From: an uncultured Dehalococcoidia bacterium
GTDB taxonomy: Bacteria; Chloroflexota; Dehalococcoidia; Lucifugimonadales; UBA3495
Assembly: GCA_951812625.1 (NCBI GenBank)
Contig: CATOSP010000003.1
Coordinates: 245,335-309,334, forward strand
Direction: 5' to 3'
DNA: 64,000 nucleotides
In this document: in pieces, positions 9,411 through 18,484 of the stretch
Position numbering within the stretch: the stretch's first letter is position 1
How the letters are laid out: each line of letters starts with the position of its first letter
The notes under the pieces: generated by a model
What the model was told of the DNA's origin: nothing
Seen by the model: the letters and a program-made list of their open reading frames with translations, nothing else
The model's database searches: none
Translations under genes and position numbers: made by a program

Positions 9411-10820
9411 CTAGCCGAACTGGTACTCGGTGGTGGCTCCGACAAGGGCCAGCATCTCGCCGACGCGGGCGCCCGCGTCGTCCTCATTGCCCCAGTCCAT
9501 GTCTCCGCCATTCTTGGCGTGGTCCAGAAGCTGCTGGCGGGTCTCGTCGCTGACTTCCAGGTAGCCCATGTGCTCCAGGGAGGCCTCCAGCAGTTGCTCC
9601 GGGGAGGAAACGCCGGCAGCCTTCATGTCGCTGATGATGCTCTGCACGCCGGGCAGGCTGGTGTCGGCAACGTGGTCGGCCACGAAGTTGATGCGGGCCA
9701 ACAGCGAGCCGCTGTTGATCCACTCGCGCCCGGTGTACCAACCCTCAACGCTCGGGGGATCGAGGATGGACTGGCCCATGTATCCGGGCTGCAGTCCGAT
9801 GTCCCTGATTCCGGGCTTGGGAAGGTCCCAGGAGCCGGACAGGCGCAGGGTGCTGGCGACGACTTCGGCCGGGCTCTTGATCTTGGCGAACCGCGCGTTC
9901 TTGAAGAAGTCGGAGTTGAACATGGCGCTGAGGACAGCCGTCATCTCGTAGCCGGACTCCTCAAAAGCGGTCATCATCATGTCAAGGGCTTCCTCGTCGC
10001 GGGCGGGCTCGATGGTCCAGGCCGGGACCTGAACCTCGTCGGCCACGAAGAAGTTGTACAGGTGGCGGCAGATGAAGCGAGCAGTCGCGGGCTCCTTGAC
10101 GACGATGTCGATGATGTCCTCGCCATTGAAGTTGCCGGTGTAACCGAGGAAGGTCTTCTCCCCTTCGTCGTGGTCCTCTTCCTTGTACTCGAACCGCCAG
10201 GGGAACCGGCCATAGGGCAGGCGGGGAATCTTCGGGGTGATGGTCCAGCCGGTGAAGGCCCGGGAGGCCTCACGGACATCGACCTCGGTGTAGTTGCTGA
10301 CGCCCATGGAGAACAGTTCCAGGAGCTCGCGGCCCCAGTTCTCGTTGACGGCGTCCCGGTGGTTCTCGTTGTTGTCCAGCCAGAAGATCATGGCCGGGTT
10401 CTTGGAAAGCTGTACCAGCATATCCCGGTAGTTGCCGAGGCCATACTGGCGGAACATGTCAAGCTGCTCCAGGAGCTGGTCGCAGTTGTCCACCTTGGAG
10501 TTGCCGGTGGCGAAGACGTGGTGCCAGAAAAGGGCCATCTTCTCTTCCAGCGGCCGGTCGGTGTTGACCATGCTGTACATCCAGCTTGCCTGGCCCAGGG
10601 TGGGCACTCCGCCTGGGAGCAGGGTGCTGGGGTGATAGCGGGTGACCATAGCAAAGGGGCCGGCCTTGTCTTCGGGCCGCTTCGCCGGGAGATTCACGAG
10701 CTCCTCAACGGTGGCCTCGTATCCCTTGGCGACCCGCTCCTCCAGCTCCTCCCTGCTAGCGCCGAAACCGGCCCGGCGCATCAGGTGGGCCATTTGAGCG
10801 AGTTTTTCCTTGTTCGCCAT
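9411..10820 (-). CDS. DUF1800-family protein (copy A)
   Basis: HLMRRAGFG, EKMALFWHHVF, PAMIFWLD, NENWGRELLELF, DVREASRAFTGW, PPSVEGW. Confidence 0.9.
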   Translation of the reverse strand: MANKEKLAQMAHLMRRAGFGASREELEERVAKGYEATVEELVNLPAKRPEDKAGPFAMVTRYHPSTLLPGGVPTLGQASWMYSMVNTDRPLEEKMALFWHHVFATGNSKVDNCDQLLEQLDMFRQYGLGNYRDMLVQLSKNPAMIFWLDNNENHRDAVNENWGRELLELFSMGVSNYTEVDVREASRAFTGWTITPKIPRLPYGRFPWRFEYKEEDHDEGEKTFLGYTGNFNGEDIIDIVVKEPATARFICRHLYNFFVADEVQVPAWTIEPARDEEALDMMMTAFEESGYEMTAVLSAMFNSDFFKNARFAKIKSPAEVVASTLRLSGSWDLPKPGIRDIGLQPGYMGQSILDPPSVEGWYTGREWINSGSLLARINFVADHVADTSLPGVQSIISDMKAAGVSSPEQLLEASLEHMGYLEVSDETRQQLLDHAKNGGDMDWGNEDDAGARVGEMLALVGATTEYQFG

Positions 10821-10952
10821 TCGATGCCTCCTCCTAAGATTAGTTTTCCCTGAGAACGCTGCCCCATAACACCGTGCCGACCGCGGAACGGCGGACGGGA
10901 TCCGTCCCCTAGTTGGGTCGCGTGACCCAGTGCCACCTGTTAATATTGGTAA

Positions 10953-10981
10953 ATTCTATGGCAGGAATACGGGCGTGTCAA
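10953..10981 (-). promoter_or_regulatory. Sigma70-type promoter of DUF1800 operon A
   Basis: TTGACA-N17-TAGAAT on the minus strand. Confidence 0.7.
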
Positions 10982-11334
10982 CTGAAAAACGTCATTTTGC
11001 GGGAATCCAAGTCACACATGATAATGATTAAAAAGTAGGAGCGATTTCCACCTGTTAATTCCCCGCCAGGCTTCGCTCCTTTGACCAATGCTTGACCAAC
11101 GCCGGAAATCTACCGGGCGTTGCGCCGCAGGCTTCGGACACAAATTCCTGTTGATATAAGGTATAATCACTGGCGTTCCAACCCAGATGGCAACCCCCCC
11201 TTTTGCAAAGCGCAGGTCAAGGGGTCACGGACTGGTCTCACGGAGGACAGTCCTCTAATGTATAGCCCGTTATGTATAGTGCGTAGTGCATGACCCGGAC
11301 GGCGCTTCCCGGAGGAGTCAGGGAGAAACACTCA

Positions 11335-12129
11335 ATGAGCAGGTTTTTGGACCAACTTGAACGGATCAGTCAGAACGCACCCATACGGCTGGGGTTCGGC
11401 GTATCGCGCGCCAAGAGGACCCCTGGCATGGCCCTGGTGGCCTTGGTCTCCGGCAACCACGCGGAAGGCTGCGCCGCAGTGGCCAGCGTGGCCCCCGACG
11501 GCGCGGTCCTGTCTGGCCTCGGCAGCCCCGCCGGCCTGGAGTCCCTGAAGGACAGCCTGCCCGCCGCCCCCTGGGGCGTCCTCTGCGAATCCCTCACTTC
11601 CGAGGACACCAAAGCCTATGAAGAAGCGGGCTGCGACCTGCTGGCGTTTGGCCTTGAGGGGACTCGCGTTTCTGCCCTGCCGTCCGACGACGTTGCCCGC
11701 GTCCTGTGTATTGAACCCCGTCTCTCCAACCGCGAGGCCCGGGCCATCGACGCGCTGCCAGTGGATGTGCTGCTGGTGGACATGCAGGGCCGTTCCGGTG
11801 GGTGGACGCTGGCAGACATCGCGGCTGTCGCCGGGGTAAGCCGCCGGGTGGACAAGTACGTTCTGCTGCACCTGTCCCAGCCACCGGAGAAGGAGGACCT
11901 GGAAGCGATCCGCAATGTCGGCGTTCAGGGCCTTGCCCTGGACATCGGAGCGGTATCCCCGGAGGCTCTGCAGGAACTAAAGACCAACTTGCTCGATATG
12001 CCGCGCCAGCGCCCCCACCGCAGGGACCGGGCCAGCGCAGTGGTTCCTTCCTCGGTGTTCCCCTCGGGTGGCCATACCCCAGAACCAGAACCAGAACCCG
12101 ATCCAGACGACGACGATGACCTTGACTGA
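11335..12129 (+). CDS. Conserved hypothetical protein, possible TIM-barrel/aldolase-like
   Basis: Alternating beta/alpha pattern and acidic PEPD..DDDD tail; start placed at the ATG after GGGAG (the ORF extends to 11290). Confidence 0.6.
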   Translation: MSRFLDQLERISQNAPIRLGFGVSRAKRTPGMALVALVSGNHAEGCAAVASVAPDGAVLSGLGSPAGLESLKDSLPAAPWGVLCESLTSEDTKAYEEAGCDLLAFGLEGTRVSALPSDDVARVLCIEPRLSNREARAIDALPVDVLLVDMQGRSGGWTLADIAAVAGVSRRVDKYVLLHLSQPPEKEDLEAIRNVGVQGLALDIGAVSPEALQELKTNLLDMPRQRPHRRDRASAVVPSSVFPSGGHTPEPEPEPDPDDDDDLD

Positions 12130-12163
12130 CCGGCTGTCGCCTCCACGCCGGGTCCTATAATCA

Positions 12164-12865
12164 ATGCTGCTCAGATACCTGGACCTCCTCCAACACGACC
12201 CTGCCAGTTACCTGATCCTGGTGGGGTTGACTGTACTTTCCGTGGTCATCGCGGTCACAATCCATGAATTCAGCCACGCCGCAATCGCCAGTGTGCTGGG
12301 CGACCACACAGCCAGGCATCAAGGCCGCGTGTCCCTGAACCCCGTAAGGCATCTGGACCCTGCCGGGTCTCTATTGTTCCTGGTCGCCGGGTTTGGCTGG
12401 GGAAAGCCCGTTCCGGTGAACCCATACCGGCTGGCCCACGGGGGAGTCGGCGAGACCATGGTGTCGGCGGCCGGCCCACTGTCGAACCTGGCAACGGCGT
12501 TCCTGATGGCTGTCCCCATCAAGCTCAGGATGGTGGAATACTATGGCTTCGGGCTGGCTTCGATCATGAACCTGAGAAGCGGGGACATGGGAGACTTCCT
12601 TGCCGCCACACTTGGAATGACCGTGCTTTTCAACCTTGTCCTGGCCGTGTTCAACCTCATTCCCCTCGCTCCACTGGACGGTTCCAGGGTGCTGGGTGGG
12701 TTGATTCCCAGCCAGAGGCGGGAAAGCTACGAGCGGTTCCAGAGGTTCGGCCCGGTGGTCCTGGTGGGCCTGATTATGCTGGACTTCCTGATTGACTTCA
12801 GCATCCTTGGGACCATAATCTCCCGCCCGGTAAACCTCCTGTTCTCCCTGGCCGTAGGCGGGTAG
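12164..12865 (+). CDS. Site-2 protease (M50) family membrane metalloprotease
   Basis: HEFSH, AAGPLSN, FNLIPLAPLDG; multiple TM helices. Confidence 0.93.
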   Translation: MLLRYLDLLQHDPASYLILVGLTVLSVVIAVTIHEFSHAAIASVLGDHTARHQGRVSLNPVRHLDPAGSLLFLVAGFGWGKPVPVNPYRLAHGGVGETMVSAAGPLSNLATAFLMAVPIKLRMVEYYGFGLASIMNLRSGDMGDFLAATLGMTVLFNLVLAVFNLIPLAPLDGSRVLGGLIPSQRRESYERFQRFGPVVLVGLIMLDFLIDFSILGTIISRPVNLLFSLAVGG

Positions 12866-12952
12866 GCGTGATTCTACAAGTGTTATTCAACGGATTCTGG
12901 AACATCAGGGTCGAGTTCATTAATCACTGAGCATGACTGTCGTCAGACTCCA

Positions 12953-12981
12953 TTGACCAGCGGCCTATAGTGTCGTAGTAT
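12953..12981 (+). promoter_or_regulatory. Sigma70-type promoter of the NYN cassette
   Basis: TTGACC-N17-TAGTAT. Confidence 0.7.
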
Positions 12982-12987
12982 AGACGT

Positions 12988-13055
12988 ACCATCTCCCCTG
13001 CCCCCCACAGCGGCAGGGCGCAAGGCCACCCTTCGGGGTGGTCGTTGCATTTTTT
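12988..13055 (+). ncRNA. Candidate small structured RNA/leader ending in an intrinsic terminator
   Basis: Hairpin CCCTGCC/GGCAGGG (12996-13018), then GCAAGGCCACCC-TTCG-GGGTGGTCGTTGC and T6. Confidence 0.5.
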
Positions 13056-13060
13056 ATGAC

Positions 13061-13705
13061 ATGGTTACAAATGTCTACGTCGATGGTTTCAACCTCTACT
13101 ACGGTGCTTTGAAGAACACTCCATATAAGTGGTTGGACCTCGCTGAGACGTGCCGGCGTCTCCTGCCCGACCGCCAGATCAACAGAATCAGGTATTTTAC
13201 TGCCCCTGTTGTCCCCTTGGCCCACGATCAGCAAGTCCGTGACCGGCAGAGCTCCTATATTCGTGCCCTCCGAACCATCCCTAATCTAACCATTCACTAC
13301 GGTAGGTTCTCCTCCAACCCATTCAGAGCTCCTATCTATCCTCTCGTTTACCCGAGTCCTACAGGCCCGCCGCAGACTGTCCAGATTCAGAAGACCGAAG
13401 AAAAACGTTCTGACGTGAACCTAGCGACCCTATTGCTTATCGATTGTTTCGACAACGAATTCGATGAAGCTGTTGTCATATCAAATGATTCAGATTTGAC
13501 GCTGCCTATCCAGTACGTTGGAAATCGATTCGACAAACAAGTCGGAGTTATCAACCCGCATCACCGCAGCCGGGTCAGCAGTGAACTTCGGCAGGCAGCC
13601 ACCTGGACATACAGGCAGATAAACCGGAGTGTTTTGGAGAACAGCCAATTCCCTCCGGTGATGGCCGACTCCAACGGCGAGTTCAGAAAACCCGCTGCCT
13701 GGTGA
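13061..13705 (+). CDS. NYN-domain (LabA/PIN-like) ribonuclease
   Basis: VYVDGFNLYY, EEKRSDVNLA and ISNDSDL acidic motifs. Confidence 0.9.
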   Translation: MVTNVYVDGFNLYYGALKNTPYKWLDLAETCRRLLPDRQINRIRYFTAPVVPLAHDQQVRDRQSSYIRALRTIPNLTIHYGRFSSNPFRAPIYPLVYPSPTGPPQTVQIQKTEEKRSDVNLATLLLIDCFDNEFDEAVVISNDSDLTLPIQYVGNRFDKQVGVINPHHRSRVSSELRQAATWTYRQINRSVLENSQFPPVMADSNGEFRKPAAW

Positions 13706-13828
13706 CAAACTCCCGCTTCCAGTCCCCTCCTCGTGCTAGAATGCGGTAACTCGATACGGCCCCTGCCCTGTGCTTGGGGAGAGAGTCCAGGTCGGGTATC
13801 TGGAATCGACATAGGGAGCCTTTATTCG

Positions 13829-14272
13829 ATGGCGCAACAGCCGGAAGACGTTCCCGAGGCCGACCTCGACGGGGTGCTATTGCCGGAACAGGGCATCGTT
13901 GATCTTACCGACAAGCTCACCGGCTACCTGACCGAGATTGAGTTGGGTGGACTGCCGGACATCATCGGGCAGGTGCTGGACGATTTTCTCGAACAGTGCG
14001 GGAGTATGCCAGAGGACCTGACCGCCTCCGACGCCTTTGACCAGATAACCCGTAACCAGCTTGCGGTGACATTGGCCTATCAACTGGGGCGGCTGGAGGG
14101 CCGTTCCCCGCAGGTGGTCCGCCTGTTTATGGGCCAGGCCATCGAGGAGTGGGGGACCCGGCCGATCGAGGAGTCTGCGGTCGTCTCCGACCAGGACCTT
14201 CAGAACCCCAAGGAGCTTGTCTACCCGCGCCTGCGCCGCCTGGAGTACACGGACCCCGACGAGAGCCAATAG
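13829..14272 (+). CDS. Acidic hypothetical protein
   Basis: ATG after GGGAG; genome-typical codon usage; the ORF extends to 13733. Confidence 0.6.
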   Translation: MAQQPEDVPEADLDGVLLPEQGIVDLTDKLTGYLTEIELGGLPDIIGQVLDDFLEQCGSMPEDLTASDAFDQITRNQLAVTLAYQLGRLEGRSPQVVRLFMGQAIEEWGTRPIEESAVVSDQDLQNPKELVYPRLRRLEYTDPDESQ

Positions 14273-14319
14273 CCGCGCGCAGCCGCCATCATCCCAATCA
14301 TGAAATCAAGGGGGGAGCC

Positions 14320-15513
14320 GTGACCAGTCCTCTTAACTCCGGACCCGAAGCCCACGACCTGCTATTGACCGGGGGCACACTGCTCGACCCGTCCCAGGGA
14401 ATCCACGACCGGCGGGACGTCGCCTTCAAGGACGGTGTGGTGTCCGCCGTGGCAGAGCGTATAGATCCGGCCTCTGCCTCCTCTGTGGTGGACGTGCCGG
14501 GAAAGTTGATAACCCCCGGCCTGATCGACCTCCACGGGCATTTCTACCACGGGGCCAACGGCACCGCCGTTCATGCCGATGAAATGTGTCTTTCCGCGGG
14601 CTGCACCACCGGCGTTGACGCGGGCAGCGCGGGGTTCCTGAACTATCCGGCCATGCGCGACTACGTTTTCCCCGCCCACCGGACCCGGCTGCTGTCCTTC
14701 CTTCATATTGGTGCGATTGGACTGGCGGCCAACCGGGTACTGGGCGGAGGACTCCACGATATGCGGATAATCGACGTGGACCAGACCGCCGACGCCATCA
14801 AGCAGAACCCCGGTTTCTGCTACGGCGTCAAGGTGCGGATGCACATCAACGCAGTCGCCGCCTGGAACGCTCACGAGGCCATGCGCAAGGCCAAGGACGC
14901 CGCCGGGCAGTCGGGCACCCGCCTCATGGTGCATGTCAGCGGCACTCCCATACCCCTGCCGGACATCCTGGAGTTCATGGGACCGGGAGACATCGTCACC
15001 CACGCCTTCAACGGCAACCCCGAGGGAATCCTGGATAACCAGGGGAAGATACGCCCCCAGGTCAAGGAAGCCGCCGAGCGCGGCGTGATAATGGACGTGG
15101 CCCACGCCGGGGTGCACTGCGACGTGGACGTGGTGAAGTCCGCCTTGGGGCAGGAGTTCTTCCCCGATACCATCAGCACCGATATTCACATCGCGCCGCC
15201 GGGCCGCACCGTATACCTGATGAACGACCTGGTGAGCAAGTTCCACGCCATGGGCATGTCCCTCTCCGACGCGGTGGCGGCCAGCACCAGCAAGCCCGCC
15301 AGTGTGCTGGGCATGGAGGACGAGATAGGGTCCCTGGCCCCCGGTATGTCCGGCGACGCCGCCGTCTACGACCTGCGGGAAGGGCGCTTCGTGTGGTTCG
15401 ACAGCGCCGGGCACAGCGTCGACGGCAAACTGCGGTTGGACACCTTCATGTCAGTCCGGGCCGGGGCCGTCGCGTGGCGCGAGGGTCAACTCATGCAGAT
15501 GGGCAACTGCTGA
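14320..15513 (+). CDS. Amidohydrolase/deacetylase-family metallohydrolase (dihydroorotase-like)
   Basis: PGLIDLHGH, DAGSAG, GVKVR, MVH, THAF, ISTD; GTG start after GGGGGAG. Confidence 0.88.
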   Translation: MTSPLNSGPEAHDLLLTGGTLLDPSQGIHDRRDVAFKDGVVSAVAERIDPASASSVVDVPGKLITPGLIDLHGHFYHGANGTAVHADEMCLSAGCTTGVDAGSAGFLNYPAMRDYVFPAHRTRLLSFLHIGAIGLAANRVLGGGLHDMRIIDVDQTADAIKQNPGFCYGVKVRMHINAVAAWNAHEAMRKAKDAAGQSGTRLMVHVSGTPIPLPDILEFMGPGDIVTHAFNGNPEGILDNQGKIRPQVKEAAERGVIMDVAHAGVHCDVDVVKSALGQEFFPDTISTDIHIAPPGRTVYLMNDLVSKFHAMGMSLSDAVAASTSKPASVLGMEDEIGSLAPGMSGDAAVYDLREGRFVWFDSAGHSVDGKLRLDTFMSVRAGAVAWREGQLMQMGNC

Positions 15514-15634
15514 GGACAGATACTCCCGTTTCCTTCCGGGGAGTACCGTCCCTGCTGGTTTTTCCGGGAAAACCTGCCCCGGTCGGACCGGCGGCGGGAA
15601 TCCCTGGTTTCATTCTTGATGGTAGGTTGCCGAA

Positions 15635-15856
15635 ATGGCCATGATCCGGGAACCCTGCCAGGATTGTGCCGGCGAAGGCTCCACCGGCTGTCTTAACCCG
15701 GACTGCGACCGGGGCCACGTCTACGTCATGGACGCGGAGCATTGGGACCTGTCCGGACGCAACGGCCGGTGGGAGGACTGCCGTCAGTGTGAAGGTACGG
15801 GCTTTCAGAGATGCCCCAACTGCCGGGGCCGCGGCTGGTACTGGCAGCAGGAATAA
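15635..15856 (+). CDS. Small stand-alone DnaJ-type zinc-finger protein
   Basis: CQDCAGEG, CLNPDCDRG, CRQCEGTG, CPNCRGRG. Confidence 0.65.
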   Translation: MAMIREPCQDCAGEGSTGCLNPDCDRGHVYVMDAEHWDLSGRNGRWEDCRQCEGTGFQRCPNCRGRGWYWQQE

Positions 15857-15903
15857 CACTGCTGCCAGGATTCACCATACTGCTATGGAGGTCTGAGGCA
15901 ATC

Positions 15904-16686
15904 ATGTCTGATGACAAGAAGAGTTACAGGGAGCTATTGCTGGGCCGGCAGGATGCAATCTCATCTCGCCAACCCGCCGCAACACCCCCGGCAGTCACGG
16001 ATGAGAAGAGCGTTGATGTCCAGCCGTCGCGGGAACCGCAGAAACTCCCGGGCGACGCCCCAACTCCTCAAACTGGTGGGGGTTACATTGATGCGGATGA
16101 CAAGAGGCAGTGGATCGACGACTGGTGGAAAAGTCAGCCTCGTCTGGGATGGTTCAATAAATACGGCGGGGTGCGCAAGAAGCTTTACGACTTTATTGGA
16201 GACGACGAATTTCCCGAGCTAAGGGTATTGGGTAACATGAGGATCAATGGCGACCCCTGTCCATTCATTATCGTGGCCACCAATAAACGCCTGCTATGCC
16301 TGTATGCGGGTCCGGCCAGTAAACAGTCTTCCGAACCAAGAAACATCACGGTGCCATACGAAGCCATCGAGAAAATCAGGCTAACGCGCAGACCCAGCGA
16401 GGATGAGCCATACATGTATACCCTATGGCGGTTAGGGGGGAATGGCCATGAGGTTGAGTTCCGGGACCCTGAGTCCCTGTGGCGTATTGTCAACCATCTG
16501 GAACATGTGCATGGTGTTTCTCGGGAAAGGCACATAAGAACGGCAAACTTCTCAGCCCTAAGTCGGTCTCCACGTCCGTCTTCATCCCGGGCTGCCACCG
16601 GTTACTCCAGCACTGAACGGGAACGGATTTCAAGAACATCCCAGCCAGGAGAGCGCACCCAGGAGTCCCGCAAAAACCTGCACTGA
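15904..16686 (+). CDS. Hypothetical protein, possible bacterial PH-like domain
   Basis: IIVATNKRLLCL...VPYEAIEKI pattern; disordered termini; ATG downstream of GGAGG/GAGG. Confidence 0.5.
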   Translation: MSDDKKSYRELLLGRQDAISSRQPAATPPAVTDEKSVDVQPSREPQKLPGDAPTPQTGGGYIDADDKRQWIDDWWKSQPRLGWFNKYGGVRKKLYDFIGDDEFPELRVLGNMRINGDPCPFIIVATNKRLLCLYAGPASKQSSEPRNITVPYEAIEKIRLTRRPSEDEPYMYTLWRLGGNGHEVEFRDPESLWRIVNHLEHVHGVSRERHIRTANFSALSRSPRPSSSRAATGYSSTERERISRTSQPGERTQESRKNLH

Positions 16687-16774
16687 TTGGGGAGGCGCGC
16701 ACACTCCCCCAACTGTGGTTTTGATGCGGTATTAGCCCCTTGTAAACCCAGACTTACGGTGTCAGACTGTAGCC

Positions 16775-17659
16775 ATGTTGACTGGGTACTTTTCGCTGCA
16801 AGAACCCCTCCCCGAGTTGAGGGACCCCCACGTTCTGGCGGTGCTCAGGCCGTGGATCGACGTGGGCAACGTCGGCACGTTGAGCCTGGACCGGGTCGAG
16901 AGGCACCTGAAGGCCGAGGAGTTGGGCCGGCTGGAGAAACCGGGCCGGTTCTACGACTTCACCCGCTACCGTCCCCGGTCCTACATAGACCAGGGTAAGC
17001 GCGGGTACTCCATCCCGAGCACCATCTTCCGCTACGCGGTGCGGGAAGAGCCACCCGATCTGGTGTTCGCCCATCTTCTCGAACCCCACGTCTACGGCGA
17101 AGACTATACGGATTCCGTGGTGGAAGTGCTGAAACTTCTGGAGGCAAAGCGTTATTCGCTGATTGGCGCGATGTATGACATGGTGCCCCACACCCGGCCT
17201 CTGCTGGTGTCCGGCGGATCGAACCAGAGCGGCGCCGAGGAAGAGAACCAGATGGTCGGGGCCAACCCCAGTGATTACGAGGGTCCGACCAGCATCACCT
17301 ACCTGATATCCCAGCAGGCCGAGGCGATGGGCATGGAGACACGGTCCTTCATCGTGCATCTGCCCCAGTATTTCCAGGTGGATGAGGACTTCACCGGGGC
17401 TGCCAGGTTGATGGAGGTGCTTTGCACCCTCTACGGTCTGCCGGAGCGATTGAAGGAAGAAGCCCGAGGCCACCGGCAGTATGAATCTCTACGAAGCATA
17501 GTCGACGACTCCGAGGAAGTGGCGTCACTCCTGAAGCGCCTGGAAGAGCGCTACGACCGGGACCATGGAGAGGGGTCGTCCTCAAGCGAACTCCCTGCTA
17601 CCATCGAGGACTTCCTCAAGGACCTCGAGCAGGGGTTCGACCCCCCTGGCCGGAGTTAA
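16775..17659 (+). CDS. PAC2 (proteasome assembly chaperone-like) family protein
   Basis: WIDVGNVG, FYDFTRYRP, EPH, VPHTRP, YEGPTSI, HLPQY. Confidence 0.85.
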   Translation: MLTGYFSLQEPLPELRDPHVLAVLRPWIDVGNVGTLSLDRVERHLKAEELGRLEKPGRFYDFTRYRPRSYIDQGKRGYSIPSTIFRYAVREEPPDLVFAHLLEPHVYGEDYTDSVVEVLKLLEAKRYSLIGAMYDMVPHTRPLLVSGGSNQSGAEEENQMVGANPSDYEGPTSITYLISQQAEAMGMETRSFIVHLPQYFQVDEDFTGAARLMEVLCTLYGLPERLKEEARGHRQYESLRSIVDDSEEVASLLKRLEERYDRDHGEGSSSSELPATIEDFLKDLEQGFDPPGRS

Positions 17660-17706
17660 CTTAACGTGACGGAAGGATATAATATCTCAGTGGAGGCAAG
17701 CTCAAC

Positions 17707-18000
17707 ATGGCGGCGGGCACAGGCCGAACATCGGCAACCAGGACCAGACGCACCAAAACCTCTCTGTCCGCGGCGTATTCCGAATGTTCGGAGTTGCAGC
17801 CGGGTATAGCAATAAAGCCGTCAACACTTGAGGGTAAGCCCTGCGTTGCCGGGACCAGGATTCCGGTGTCCCTTGTGCTGCGTTACATAGCCACCAACGA
17901 AGACCCTATAGAAGGTTTGGGCTTGACTCCGAAGGATATCGAAGACTGTCTGGAGTTCAGTGCGCTTCTCTGCGATTATTCCGCTGCTGAGCGTGAATAG
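17707..18000 (+). CDS. DUF433 antitoxin-like protein
   Basis: GKPCVAGTRIPV...LTPKDIEDCLEF. Confidence 0.85.
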   Translation: MAAGTGRTSATRTRRTKTSLSAAYSECSELQPGIAIKPSTLEGKPCVAGTRIPVSLVLRYIATNEDPIEGLGLTPKDIEDCLEFSALLCDYSAAERE

Positions 18001-18005
18001 CGGCC

Positions 18006-18398
18006 TTGCGCTTCCTGTGCGAGAACCACATCGACAGGAAGTTGGTGGCCCTGCTTCGTAGTTTTGATGCCTCGGACGTCCGGGTGGTCTCAAATGATCC
18101 CGATCCAGGAGACACTGAAATTGTCAGAGACGCGAACGCGGACGAGCGCATAATCGTCACCCGTGACCGGGGATTTCCAAATCGTCGTATTTGCTCCATC
18201 AATCATGGCACGATTTTTATTCCTCAGAGGTTTGAGGGCAGACCGTTAAACCTCCCTGAAACATTCGATTGCATAAGCCGCTTTCTTGAGTCGGGCAGGC
18301 TAACCGACCTGGGACACGGGACATGTACCGTAACCCCGGACGGCGTTGCCATCAGGACGCAAGGGGGAGAGGAATCTATAGCAGTACAGGAAATTTGA
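18006..18398 (+). CDS. DUF5615 PIN-like toxin
   Basis: MRFLCENHI, D.EI, RIIVTRDRGF; immediately follows DUF433. Confidence 0.8.
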   Translation: MRFLCENHIDRKLVALLRSFDASDVRVVSNDPDPGDTEIVRDANADERIIVTRDRGFPNRRICSINHGTIFIPQRFEGRPLNLPETFDCISRFLESGRLTDLGHGTCTVTPDGVAIRTQGGEESIAVQEI

Positions 18399-18484
18399 AC
18401 TGACGGCCGGTTTGGTAACAAACGAAGGCCCGGAGCCAATAAGACATTGACTCCGGGCCTCTTTGCGTCCGTGCCTGGGTTGCG

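Noticed and set aside
8886-10853. Long plus-strand ORFs antisense to real genes (e.g. 8886..10853, 4630..6081, 34012..35724, 47742..49262)
   Set aside because: Shadow ORFs typical of high-GC coding regions; no motifs, and the opposite strand carries clear families
10959-10975. GCCCGTAT 8-mer present in opposite orientation in the spacers of the two DUF1800 promoters (invertible promoter?)
   Set aside because: Too short, no flanking inverted repeats or recombinase; likely chance
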